Positions 45,090-54,385 are shown, counted from the first letter of the stretch. The stretch: 54,466 nt of DNA from Candidatus Methylomirabilia bacterium (GCA_041497895.1 JBGQHJ010000014.1:1-54466); one strand, 5' to 3'. Made by a program: numbers and translations. Notes: generated by a model not told the origin, from the sequence alone.

Positions 45090-46130
45090 ATGGCAGTGGA
45101 GCCCTCGACGCTGCGGTCGCTCCGGGTGCGCCTCCTGCTGCCCCTGTCCCTCGTCCTGACCGTGATCGCCATCGGCACCATCGGCTATCGCTGGCTCTGG
45201 CACGACGTGGGCGGGACGTGGATGGACGCCCTGTTCATGACCGTGACCACGATCACCACCATCGGCTACGGGGAGATCAGGCCGCTCACCACCGCCGGCC
45301 GCCTGTTCACGATCGGGCTCGCCCTCACCGGCATCGGCAGCCTGTTCTACATGCTGGGCGTCGTCATGGAATACCTGGTCAGCGTCCGGCTGGCCGATCC
45401 AATGGGGAGGCGTCGAATGGAGCGTCGGATGCGGGAGCTCTCCGGGCACGTGATCGTGGCGGGAATGGGCCGGGTGGGCCGGCAGGCCGCGCTCGAGCTG
45501 CATCAGGCGGGCACCGGCTTCGTGGCCGTGGACTCGGACGAGCCCGCCATCGAGCACGCGCTCGAGCGCGGCTACCTGGCCCTGGTGGGCGACGCCACCG
45601 AGGACGAGGTGCTGGAGCAGGTCGGCATCCGCCGGGCCCGGGGGTTGATCGTCACCACCGGTAACGACGCCACCAACATCTACATCGTGCTGTCGGCGCG
45701 CGTGCTCAACCCGGAGCTCTACATCGTCTCGCGCGCGGCCGAGGAAGCCGGGGTCACCAAGCTCATCCGCGCCGGCGCGAACCGGGCGGTCAGCCCCTAC
45801 GCCATCGGCGGCCACCGTCTGGCGCACCTGATGCTGAGCCCCGCGGTGGTGGACTTCTTCGAGACCGCGCTCCGGCGCGGCAACGACGCGCTCGCCATCG
45901 AGGACCTGGCCCTGCCGGGCGACAGCCCGTGCGTCGGCCAGACCCTCGACACCCTCAACATTCGGCGCGCCACCGGCGCCACCGTCCTGGCCATCCTCCG
46001 CGACGGCAACCCGATGGTGAGCCCCCCCGGCGACCTGGCCCTGGCCGCCGCCGATCACCTGCTGGCGCTCGGCACCGGCGATCAGCTGCGACGGCTGGAG
46101 AAGCTGATCACCGCCGGCGTCGCCTCGTGA
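45090..46130 (+). CDS. 2-TM potassium channel with RCK (TrkA-N/TrkA-C) domains
   Basis: TITTIGYG filter, GMGRVG Rossmann motif, GDAT, C-terminal TrkA-C. Confidence 0.93.
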   Translation: MAVEPSTLRSLRVRLLLPLSLVLTVIAIGTIGYRWLWHDVGGTWMDALFMTVTTITTIGYGEIRPLTTAGRLFTIGLALTGIGSLFYMLGVVMEYLVSVRLADPMGRRRMERRMRELSGHVIVAGMGRVGRQAALELHQAGTGFVAVDSDEPAIEHALERGYLALVGDATEDEVLEQVGIRRARGLIVTTGNDATNIYIVLSARVLNPELYIVSRAAEEAGVTKLIRAGANRAVSPYAIGGHRLAHLMLSPAVVDFFETALRRGNDALAIEDLALPGDSPCVGQTLDTLNIRRATGATVLAILRDGNPMVSPPGDLALAAADHLLALGTGDQLRRLEKLITAGVAS

Positions 46131-46459
46131 AGCCCGCCGCGATGTGGCGGGCGACGGGCATCGGGCTCGGCTTGCTCGCGATGGCGGCGACGGCTCCGAC
46201 GGCGGTCGCGGACTCGAGCGCCGGCGTCGCGCCGGCGACCACGTCGAGCTGCCCGTCCGATCACCCGATCAAGGGCTACGCGAGCCGGCACTCCGAGGCG
46301 GGCGTCTACTACGCGCCCGGCAGCGCCTCCTACGCGCGCGTCAAGCCCGAGCGCTGCTTCGCCTCCGAGGCCGAGGCCCGGCAGGCCGGCTACCGGGCCG
46401 GCCGCGAGGAGCAGCCACCCGCGTCGGACGACGGTCGCTCCCGCCGACGCCAGCCCTGA
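46127..46459 (+). CDS. small exported protein with a C(P)..PIKG..Y..P....Y.....E.CF..E.EA..AGYR domain
   Basis: Signal-peptide-like N-terminus; GTGA overlap with the K+ channel stop. Confidence 0.7.
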   Translation: MKPAAMWRATGIGLGLLAMAATAPTAVADSSAGVAPATTSSCPSDHPIKGYASRHSEAGVYYAPGSASYARVKPERCFASEAEARQAGYRAGREEQPPASDDGRSRRRQP

Positions 46460-46463
46460 GGCG

Positions 46464-47285
46464 TCACTCCATGAAGCCGGCGAGGTCGGCCGAGGCCACG
46501 CCGCGGTCCACGTAGCCGAAGGTGCCCGCGTCCTTCACCTCGCGGGCCGCGTCGAGCAGGCCGCTCATCGCGGAGCGGTAGAGCGATGTGGCGAGGCTGA
46601 TCCGCTTCACGCCCGCCGCGGTCAGCTCGGCCACCGTGAACGACTTGCCCCTGATCCCGACCATGAAGTTGACCGGCTTCGAGACCGCGGCGCACACCGC
46701 GCGCACCGCGGCCAGGTCGGGCAGGCCGGGAGCCATCAGCACGTCGGCGCCCGCCTTCTCGAAGGCCTGCAGGCGCTTGATGGTGTCCTCCAGGCTCGGG
46801 TTGCCGCGCAGGAAGCTCTCGGTGCGCGCGGTGAGCGTGAACGGGAAACCCACGCCGCGCGCCGCCTCCACCGCCGCGGCCACCCGCTCGGTGGCCGGCC
46901 CGAGGTCGAAGAGCGGCTTCTCGCGGTTGCCGGTCGCGTCCTCGATCGAGCCGCCGACCAGGCCGGCCGCCGCCGCGAGGCGGATGGTCTCGGCCGCGAC
47001 CGTGGGCGCGTCGCCGAAGCACTTCTCGAGGTCCGCGGCCACCGGCAGGTCGGTCGCGTTCACGATGACGCGGCAGTGCGCGAGCGCCTCGTCCCGCGTC
47101 ACCTTGCCGTCCTTGCGACCGACGGTGCCCGCTTGGGCCCCGCTCGAGGTGGCGAGCGCCTGGAAGCCGAGGGCGGCGAGGATGCGGGCCGAGCCGCCGT
47201 CCCACGGGTTGGGGATCACGAAGGCGCCCGGCGCCTCGTGCAGCGCGCGAAACCGCACCGCCTTCTCACTCTGGCTCATCGGCAT
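46464..47285 (-). CDS. isocitrate lyase/PEP mutase family protein
   Basis: F..LH, PNPWDGGSA, ATSS, ADLE, GGSIED, ARTE, AGADVL. Confidence 0.9.
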   Translation of the reverse strand: MPMSQSEKAVRFRALHEAPGAFVIPNPWDGGSARILAALGFQALATSSGAQAGTVGRKDGKVTRDEALAHCRVIVNATDLPVAADLEKCFGDAPTVAAETIRLAAAAGLVGGSIEDATGNREKPLFDLGPATERVAAAVEAARGVGFPFTLTARTESFLRGNPSLEDTIKRLQAFEKAGADVLMAPGLPDLAAVRAVCAAVSKPVNFMVGIRGKSFTVAELTAAGVKRISLATSLYRSAMSGLLDAAREVKDAGTFGYVDRGVASADLAGFME

Positions 47286-47402
47286 GACCGCTGTCCTCCG
47301 GGTGACCCGGCTCTGGGTCCGGGGCTGGAATGGAACGACCGCGCCCTCACTGTACCCACGCCGCGCGCCCGGTCAACCGGTTTGCGCGCCGCTTCTCCAC
47401 GC

Positions 47403-47417
47403 TTACCTGCGAGGTAA
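47403..47417. promoter_or_regulatory. palindromic operator TTACCT-N3-AGGTAA in a divergent promoter
   Basis: Perfect 6-bp inverted repeat between the divergent PEP-mutase and SnoaL genes. Confidence 0.55.
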
Positions 47418-47471
47418 TCGACAGGCCGCTTCGCGCCGCGTACTCCTGTTCCTCCAGGAGGAACACATCCC

Positions 47472-47849
47472 ATGACATCCGTCGAGAATCTCGTCAGCCG
47501 GTACGTGGCGGTCTGGAACGAGGCCGACCCGTCCCGCCGTCGGCAGGCCATCGCGTCGCTGTGGACGGAGGACGGCGCCCACTTCACCCCGTCCCTCGAA
47601 GCGCGCGGGTACGAGGCGATCGAGGCCCGCATCACCGGGGCCCACGACCGCTTCGTGCGCACCGAGGGCTACGTCTTCTCGGCCGTCCACACCGGGGCCG
47701 GGCATCACGACGCGGTGACCTTCAGCTGGGAGATGCGGCCGGCGGGCGGCGGCCCGGTCGCCGCGCGCGGCTTCCACTTCTTCGTGCTCGGCGACGACGG
47801 CCGGATCCGCCGCGACTACCAGTTCGCGGAGGCCCCGCCGGCCGCCTGA
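47472..47849 (+). CDS. SnoaL/NTF2-like protein
   Basis: RYVAVWNE.D...R..AIA.LWTED, RG..AI, DGRIRRDYQF; AGGAGG SD. Confidence 0.85.
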   Translation: MTSVENLVSRYVAVWNEADPSRRRQAIASLWTEDGAHFTPSLEARGYEAIEARITGAHDRFVRTEGYVFSAVHTGAGHHDAVTFSWEMRPAGGGPVAARGFHFFVLGDDGRIRRDYQFAEAPPAA

Positions 47850-47855
47850 CCGTCG

Positions 47856-49289
47856 TCAGACCGCCGCGGCGGGTGGCCGGCGATCGCCCCAGGGCTGCGC
47901 GGTCTCGAGCTGCGATGCCAGGCGAAAGAGGGTCGCCTCGTCGCCGAAGCCGCCCACGAACTGCACCCCGATCGGCAGCCCGGCGCGCGACCAGGCGAGC
48001 GGCACCGACATCGCGGGATTGCCGCACGCGTTCCAGAGCGAGGTGAACGCGATGGTGGAGAGCACCGCCTGCCCGTAGCCGACCGGGTCGGAGCTCATCA
48101 TGTCGATGACCCCGAGCGGGTACGGCGGGCGGCACATGGTCGGCGTCAGGAGCACGTCGTAGCGCTCGAAGAATGGCGCGACCTGCCGCCCGGTGCGGTG
48201 CATGATGCCGATGGCCCGCGCGTAGTCGGCCGCGCGCGCGGTGTGGCCGTCCATCGCGCGGAGCCACGTGATGCGCTCGACGTCCGCCTCGTCGAGGGCG
48301 CGCCCGAGCGCGGCGGCCCGGGCCTCGAGCGCGGCCCGCAGATTGGCCCCGATGACGACGAGGGTCGCGGCGCCGAGCGCGGCCACGTCCGCGGTCGGGC
48401 TCGCCTCCTCGACCGAGTGCCCGAGGCTCTCGCAGAGCCGCGCCGCCGCGCGCGCCGCCGCCTCGCACTCCGGGTCCACCGCCTGGCCGTTCCAGGGGCG
48501 CGTGGTGAGCGCGATGCGCAGGTGACCCGGATCGCGGCCCACCTCCTCCAGGAACGGGCGCGCCGGCGGCGGGGCCCAGTAGGGATCGCCCACGTCGGGT
48601 CCGGACGTCGCGTCGAGCAGGGCCGCGCTGTCCCGCACGCTGCGGGTCACCGCGTGGCCCACCGAGGCGCCGCCCCAGCCCTCGCCATGGTCGGGCCCCA
48701 TCGGGTTGCGCGCGCGCGTGGGCTTGAGCCCGAAGAGCCCGCACGCGGAGGCCGGGATGCGGATCGACCCGCCGCCGTCGGTGGCGTGCGCCATCGGCAC
48801 CATGCGCGCCGCGACCGCCGCCGCCGAGCCGCCGCTCGAGCCGCCCGCGCTGTGCGCGTGGCTCCACGGGTTGCGCGTGGGGCCGAACAAACGCGGCTCG
48901 GTGGAGCTGGCCAGCCCGAGCTCGGGAGTGTTGGTCTTGCCGAAGATCACAAGGCCCGCGCGCTTGAGGCGCCGCGTGATCTCGCTATCGTGATCCGGCA
49001 CGAAGTCCTTGAAGAGCGCACCGCCCCCGCTGGTGACCGCGCCCTGGTAGTGCGCGCCCAGGTCCTTCAGGAGATACGGCACGCCCGTGAAGGGGCCGGT
49101 GGGCAGCCCGGCGGCGATCGCGGCCCGCGCCTGGTCGTAGAGCCGGCACACCACCGCGTTGATCACCGGGTTGGCGTCCTCCACGGAGGCGACGGCCGCG
49201 TCGAGAATCTCGGCCGGGCTGACTTCCCGCCTCCGCACCAGACCCGCGAGGCCCATCCCGTCGTGACTCGCGAACTCGTCAAGCTTCAT
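47856..49289 (-). CDS. amidase signature family protein
   Basis: [54 protein letters not shown] before ATG 49289. Confidence 0.94.
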   Translation of the reverse strand: MKLDEFASHDGMGLAGLVRRREVSPAEILDAAVASVEDANPVINAVVCRLYDQARAAIAAGLPTGPFTGVPYLLKDLGAHYQGAVTSGGGALFKDFVPDHDSEITRRLKRAGLVIFGKTNTPELGLASSTEPRLFGPTRNPWSHAHSAGGSSGGSAAAVAARMVPMAHATDGGGSIRIPASACGLFGLKPTRARNPMGPDHGEGWGGASVGHAVTRSVRDSAALLDATSGPDVGDPYWAPPPARPFLEEVGRDPGHLRIALTTRPWNGQAVDPECEAAARAAARLCESLGHSVEEASPTADVAALGAATLVVIGANLRAALEARAAALGRALDEADVERITWLRAMDGHTARAADYARAIGIMHRTGRQVAPFFERYDVLLTPTMCRPPYPLGVIDMMSSDPVGYGQAVLSTIAFTSLWNACGNPAMSVPLAWSRAGLPIGVQFVGGFGDEATLFRLASQLETAQPWGDRRPPAAAV

Positions 49290-49363
49290 CGGCTCCCTCG
49301 GTGGGCTGTCCGACATTCTGGACATTGTGGGGCGCCCGCGCGCGGCCGTAGCATACGGACGCC

Positions 49364-49615
49364 GTGATCAAGACGGGACGCATCGAGTTCTACGACCGGC
49401 CGACGGGCTGGGGTCTCATCGTGGGAGACGACCAGGAGCTCTACGTCGTCCGCGGGCGCGACGGGCGCGGGGCGCCGCCGCGCGTGGGCGAGCGCGTGTC
49501 GTTCGAGGCGCACGCCGCGGCGGATGCCAAGCGCGCGGCGGAGGTGCGGCTGGTGAGCCGAGGGCTGTCGCCCTTCGGGCGCGAGACGGCGACAGGGATC
49601 AGGCCCCTCCGATGA
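49364..49615 (+). CDS. degenerate cold-shock (OB-fold) domain protein
   Basis: TGRIEFYD..TGWGLI..DD......GERVSFE......RAAEV follows the CSD pattern (GxVKWF..KGFGFI...G..V.FE....A.NV). Confidence 0.6.
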   Translation: MIKTGRIEFYDRPTGWGLIVGDDQELYVVRGRDGRGAPPRVGERVSFEAHAAADAKRAAEVRLVSRGLSPFGRETATGIRPLR

Positions 49616-52600
49616 TCTCGGGCACGACCGCGAAGCCTCGCGTGCGAATGGCGTCGTCCACCTGGATCTGGCGGCGCCGCTCGGCTCGCCGGCGCTCGGT
49701 GTCGGTGGGCTGCTCGTGCTCGCGCCGCTGACCGTGCCGCCGATCGAGGATGACGGTGACCGGCTCCCCCGCGTACTCCCGCTTGAGGTAGTCGTAGAGC
49801 TGGATGTTGTGACGCGCGACCACGAAGAGGTGCCCCATGTGCAGGAGCTCCTCGGCCGCCCGCGACAGCCAGAAGCGCATGTCCATCTCGCGCAGGAGAC
49901 CGAGCGCGGTCGCCAGATGATCCTCGGCGCGCTCCCGGTCTCCGGACAGCCGCAGCAGCCGGCCCAGCCCCAGATGGGTGCGGGCCTGCAGCGGGCGCAT
50001 CTCGAGCTCCTCGGCCAGGGTGAGGGCCTGGCCATAGTAGCCCTCGGCCTCGCCGACCGCGGGAGGCTCGGCGAGCGCGGCCAGCTCCCCCATCAGCCGC
50101 AGCGCCCACGCCTGGTGCCCGCGCTCCTTGTGGCGGAGCGCCAGGTCGAGCGCCCGCTGCGCCACCGTGCGCGCGCGGTCGAGCTGCCGCGCCGCGGCCA
50201 GGCCCTCGCCCAGGTTCGCGGTCCAGAGCGCGAGGTAGGCGCGCACGCCCAGCTCCTCGGTCAGTGACACGCCGTCCTCCAGCAGCCGCAGCCCTTCCTC
50301 CGTCCGTCCCAGCAGCACGAGCGTGAGGCCGAGCAGCGAGGAGGGAATGGGCCGCCACACGTCGAGGCTCTTCTCGCGGCAGGCGTCGAGGCTGCGCTGC
50401 AGCGCGGGAAGGGCGCGCTCGAGCTGGCCGCGCCGCAGCCAGGACAGCCCCGCCATGGTCCGCGCGATGGTCTGGGTGTAGGCGTGCCCGCTCGCCTCGC
50501 CCGCCCGCTGCGCCCGGTCGAGCGACATCGCGGCGGCGTCGAACTCGCCGAGCTCGGCCAGGGTGAAGGCGAGCCAGCCGCTCGAGGTGACGTAGGAGAC
50601 GCCGGCCTGGCCGCCCGGGGCCTCGCCCTGCACGAGCTCGAGGGCTTCGACGTTCTCGCGCAGGATCGAGTGCGCGCGGTGATAGAGGCCCTGGGCGTGG
50701 CAGCTGTAGCCGAGGTAGCCGCGGGCGAGCGCCTGCAGGCCCACGTCGCCGGTCGCGTCGCCGATGCGCAGGCAGCGCTCACCGTACTCGATGGCGAGGT
50801 CGGGCTCGCCCTTGAGGTAGTGGTAGTTGATCAGGTAGGTGTACACGCGCGCCAGCCGCTGCTCGTCGCCGAGCTTCTCGGCCATCGCCTCCGCTTCCTG
50901 CGAGAGAGTCAGCACGCGTTCGAGCTGGCCGGACTGCAGGAGCGGCGAGCGCAGGTCCAGGCGCAGATCGATGGCCTGCTCGGTGGCCGCGCGACCCTCC
51001 GGGAGCCGCGCCAGCGCGCTCATCGCCTGCTCGAGGAAGATGACCGCCTCCCGGTTGGAGGAGCGGCCCGCCGCCTTGACGCCGGCCTGGCGCAGGTACG
51101 CGACCGCCTTGGCCCACACCTCGCCGCGCACCGCGTGGTGGGCCAGACGCTCGAAGTGCTCGGGCAGCCGGTCGGCGTAGAGCTGCTCCATCGCATGCAC
51201 CACGCGCCCGTGGAGGGCCCGCCGCCGGTCCTGGAGCAGGCTCGAGTAGGCCACCTCGTGGGTGAGCGCGTGGCGGAACGTGTACTCCACGCTCGGGAAG
51301 AGGCTGATCTCGTACAGGAACTCGCCGGACTGGAGCTGGGCCAGGTTGCGGCGGACCCCCTCCTCCGGCATGTCGGCGATCTCCTGCAGGAGCGCGAGCG
51401 ACACGTCCTTGCCGATGACCGCGGCGGCCTGCAGCAGTCGCTTGGCCTCGATGGGCAGGCGGTCGATGCGCGCGGCGAGCACCGCCTGCACCGTCGCCGG
51501 CACCTGGACCTTCTGGACTTCCCGGGTGAGGTGGTAGTGGCCCCGCGTGCCCGCGAGCACCTTGGTCTCGGCGAGGGTGTGCACGCTCTCTTCCAGGAAG
51601 AATGGATTGCCCTCGGTGCGCTCGATCAGGAGCTGCTTGAGCGGGCCCAGGCCCGGGTCGTCGCCCACCAGCGCCCGCAGCAGCTCGTCCGCGCTCTGCG
51701 GCGGGAGCGGATCGATGCGGAACTGGGTGTAGTAGCTCTTGCGGGCCCAGCCGTGCTGGTACTCGGGCCGGTAGCTCACCAGGATCAGGGCCCGCGCCAG
51801 GGGCAGGCTGTCCACCAGGCTGTCGAGGAACGCCTGGCTCTCGGAATCGAGCCAGTGCAGGTTCTCGAACACCACGAGCACCGGCTGCACCTGGCCTTCT
51901 CGAAGGATCAGGCGCTTGACCGCGTCGAGCATCCGCTGCCGTCGCTGCGGCAGATCGGGCGTCTGCCACTCGGCGTCGTCCACCGGCACGTCGAGGAGCT
52001 GCAGGAACGCGGGCAGGGTGGGGCGCAGGCTCTCGTCGAGCGTGAGGAGCTTGCCGGTGACTTTCTCACGCACCCGCCGCGGGTCGTCCCGCTCCTCGAG
52101 CTGGAAGTAGCTCCGGAGCAGCTCCTTCACCGTGAGGTACGAGGTGTTCTTGCCGTAGGAGGTGGCCTGCGCCTCCATCATGAGCCAGCCGTGCGCCCGG
52201 TGGGAGTGGGTGAACTCCCAGAAGAGGCGCGACTTGCCGACTCCTGGCTCGCCCGACACCGCGACGATCTGCCCGTGGCCCGCCGAGGCCCGCGCCATCG
52301 CCTGGTGCAGCGTCTCCACCTCCGACTCCCGGCCCACGAAGGGGGTGAGCCCGCGCGCGGCGCTCGCCTCGAGGCGCGAGTGCACGTGCTCGGTGCGCAC
52401 CAGCTCGAAGATCTCGACCGGCTCCGGCATCCCCTTCACCGGCACCGGGCCGAGCGGCTTGACCTCGATGTAGCCCTCGGCCAGGCGCAGCGTCTCGCGC
52501 GACACCAGGGTCGAGCCGGGACGCGCCAGCTGCTCCATGCGCGCGGCGAGGTGCGTGGTCTGGCCGATGGCCGAGTAGTCCATGTGCAGGTCGCTGTCGA

Positions 52601-53189
52601 TGGCCCGCACCACCACCTCGCCGGAGTTGAGCCCGACACGGATCTGCACGTCCACCCCGCGGCCGCGGCGCAGCTCCTCGGCGTACCAGCCCACCGTCTG
52701 CTGCATGCGGAGGGCGGCGTGACAGGCACGCACCGCGTGGTCCTCGTGGGCGAGCGGCGCGCCGAAGAGCGCCATGATGCCGTCGCCCATGACCTGGTTC
52801 ACGGTGCCCTCGTAGCGGTGCACCGCCTCCATCATCCGCTCGAGCACCGGATCCAGCAGCCGGCGCGCCTCCTCCGGATCCTGGTCGGCCAGCAGCTCCA
52901 TCGAGCCCTTGAGGTCCGCGAACAGGACCGTCACCTGCTTGCGCTCGCCCTCGAGGGCGTGGCGCGACGTCAGGATCTTCTCGGCGAGGTGCTTGGGGGT
53001 GTAGCCCTGGGGCGCGGGCTGGCGCTCGACCGGCTCGGGGGTGGCGGGGGAGCCGCAGGAGCCGCAGAACTTCTTGTCCGGGAGCAGCTCGGCGCCGCAG
53101 CTCGCGCAGCTCGTGACGAGGCGGCCACCGCACTCCTCACAGAACCGCACGCCCTCGCGGTTCTGGGACTGGCAGCGGGGACACTTCAC
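49599..53189 (-). CDS. double zinc ribbon - class III nucleotide cyclase - AAA ATPase - TPR protein with an Arg-rich C-terminal domain
   Basis: Four CxxC pairs, ERKQVTVLFADLKGS, MGDGIMALFG, LAARMEQ, FVGRE, GEPGVGKSRL, EGNPFFLEE, FRHALTHEVAY, TPR helices. Confidence 0.95.
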   Translation of the reverse strand: MKCPRCQSQNREGVRFCEECGGRLVTSCASCGAELLPDKKFCGSCGSPATPEPVERQPAPQGYTPKHLAEKILTSRHALEGERKQVTVLFADLKGSMELLADQDPEEARRLLDPVLERMMEAVHRYEGTVNQVMGDGIMALFGAPLAHEDHAVRACHAALRMQQTVGWYAEELRRGRGVDVQIRVGLNSGEVVVRAIDSDLHMDYSAIGQTTHLAARMEQLARPGSTLVSRETLRLAEGYIEVKPLGPVPVKGMPEPVEIFELVRTEHVHSRLEASAARGLTPFVGRESEVETLHQAMARASAGHGQIVAVSGEPGVGKSRLFWEFTHSHRAHGWLMMEAQATSYGKNTSYLTVKELLRSYFQLEERDDPRRVREKVTGKLLTLDESLRPTLPAFLQLLDVPVDDAEWQTPDLPQRRQRMLDAVKRLILREGQVQPVLVVFENLHWLDSESQAFLDSLVDSLPLARALILVSYRPEYQHGWARKSYYTQFRIDPLPPQSADELLRALVGDDPGLGPLKQLLIERTEGNPFFLEESVHTLAETKVLAGTRGHYHLTREVQKVQVPATVQAVLAARIDRLPIEAKRLLQAAAVIGKDVSLALLQEIADMPEEGVRRNLAQLQSGEFLYEISLFPSVEYTFRHALTHEVAYSSLLQDRRRALHGRVVHAMEQLYADRLPEHFERLAHHAVRGEVWAKAVAYLRQAGVKAAGRSSNREAVIFLEQAMSALARLPEGRAATEQAIDLRLDLRSPLLQSGQLERVLTLSQEAEAMAEKLGDEQRLARVYTYLINYHYLKGEPDLAIEYGERCLRIGDATGDVGLQALARGYLGYSCHAQGLYHRAHSILRENVEALELVQGEAPGGQAGVSYVTSSGWLAFTLAELGEFDAAAMSLDRAQRAGEASGHAYTQTIARTMAGLSWLRRGQLERALPALQRSLDACREKSLDVWRPIPSSLLGLTLVLLGRTEEGLRLLEDGVSLTEELGVRAYLALWTANLGEGLAAARQLDRARTVAQRALDLALRHKERGHQAWALRLMGELAALAEPPAVGEAEGYYGQALTLAEELEMRPLQARTHLGLGRLLRLSGDRERAEDHLATALGLLREMDMRFWLSRAAEELLHMGHLFVVARHNIQLYDYLKREYAGEPVTVILDRRHGQRREHEQPTDTERRRAERRRQIQVDDAIRTRGFAVVPEIIGGA

Positions 53190-53235
53190 CTCGGCCCTCC
53201 TCGGGGTCGGAGCGGTCCAGACGGATAGTCCTACC

Positions 53236-53265
53236 AGAGTAGCCCCTGGGGGAGAACGGGGTCAA
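53236..53265 (-). promoter_or_regulatory. putative sigma70 promoter of the cyclase gene
   Basis: Minus-strand TTGACC-N18-TACTCT. Confidence 0.5.
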
Positions 53266-53281
53266 GGCCCGCTCCGCGGGC
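53266..53281. repeat. left copy of the 16-bp target-site duplication
   Basis: GGCCCGCTCCGCGGGC, identical to 54338-54353. Confidence 0.9.
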
Positions 53282-54337
53282 TGAAGTATCTACTCAAGAT
53301 TGACCTCCTTTGCTTTGATGGGCAGCCAGGTGTCGAGGTTGTCCAATCGGAGGGGGGCCATGATCAAGCTCAGTGACGTGAAGGTTCGGCCGCAGTATCG
53401 GACGCGGGTGCGGTATCGCTTGCTGGTCCTGGAGTATGCGCGGGAGCACGGGCCAGCCGCCGCTGGCCGCCACTACGGACTCAGTGCGCGGACGATCCGG
53501 CGATGGCGGAAGCGCTGGCGGCAGGGGGGCGTCGAGGGGCTGGTGCCGGCGTATCCGCGGCACCGGGCGCGGCGGGTGTCGCCCGCGGCCGTCGAACTGA
53601 TCCGCCAAGCCCGCCAGGAGTTTGGTTACGGGGCGGCGCGCACCCGGCTCTGGCTCCAGCGGGTGCACGGGATCCGGCTGGCCATGGGCACGATTCAGCG
53701 GGTGTTTCGAGACATGGGCCTGCCCCGCCTACGGCGGACCCGCAAGCGGGAACCCCGCCAGATGAAACTCTTCGAGAAGGCGGAACCGGGAGAGTCGATT
53801 CAGGTCGACGTGAAGTACGTACAGATTGCGGGCCGCTGGGCGTTTCAGTACACCGCCCTGGATGACTGCACGCGCTTCCGTGTCCTGCGGCTCTATCGGC
53901 GTCTGCATCATCGCTCAAGCCTCGCCTTCTTGGCCGAGCTCCGGCGCGCCTTCTCGTTCCCCATCCAGCGGTTGCAGTGCGATCACGGGCAAGAGTTCTC
54001 CTTCGCGTTTGTGCTGGGGGTCGAGGCCGCCGGAATCCGGCACCACTACATTCGACCCCGGCGGCCGCAACAGAACGGCAAAGTCGAGCGGAGCCATCGG
54101 ATCGATCAGGAGGAGTTCTGGGGCCGGCAACGCTTCCCGGACTTCGAGGCGGCCGCGGCCGCCCTTCGGGGCTGGGAGACCAGGTACAACTATGAACGCT
54201 TCTCCCTGGCGCTGCAGGGCCGCACCCCGGCCGAAAAACTTGCCACGCTCCAGCCGCCGCGGCGGGTCGCCTAGGCATCTCTTGTCTGCGCGTGCCCGAC
54301 ACCCAAACCCGGGGGTCAATCTTGACGAGACCTAACA
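53282..54337 (+). mobile_element. IS481-family insertion sequence (1056 bp)
   Basis: Imperfect 27-bp terminal IRs (TGAAGTATCTACTCAAGATTGACCTCC and reverse-complemented TGTTAGGTCTCGTCAAGATTGACCCCC, shared core TCAAGATTGACC), one transposase, flanking direct repeat. Confidence 0.92.
53360..54274 (+). CDS. IS481-family DDE transposase
   Basis: N-terminal HTH (GLSARTIRRWRKRW..GG..GL); DDE in QVDVK / QCDHGQEF / NGKVERSH; YNYER.S.AL.G.TP; GGAGG SD. Confidence 0.93.
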   Translation: MIKLSDVKVRPQYRTRVRYRLLVLEYAREHGPAAAGRHYGLSARTIRRWRKRWRQGGVEGLVPAYPRHRARRVSPAAVELIRQARQEFGYGAARTRLWLQRVHGIRLAMGTIQRVFRDMGLPRLRRTRKREPRQMKLFEKAEPGESIQVDVKYVQIAGRWAFQYTALDDCTRFRVLRLYRRLHHRSSLAFLAELRRAFSFPIQRLQCDHGQEFSFAFVLGVEAAGIRHHYIRPRRPQQNGKVERSHRIDQEEFWGRQRFPDFEAAAAALRGWETRYNYERFSLALQGRTPAEKLATLQPPRRVA

Positions 54338-54353
54338 GGCCCGCTCCGCGGGC
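54338..54353. repeat. right copy of the 16-bp target-site duplication
   Basis: GGCCCGCTCCGCGGGC immediately after the ...CCTAACA end. Confidence 0.9.
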
Positions 54354-54385
54354 GGTGAAGGCGGTTCCGCGCTCGCGGCGCGGGC

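Noticed and set aside
50484..53228. Long plus-strand ORF (914 aa) and similar antisense ORFs throughout the window
   Set aside because: Shadow ORFs opposite well-supported genes, with no motifs; expected at this GC content.
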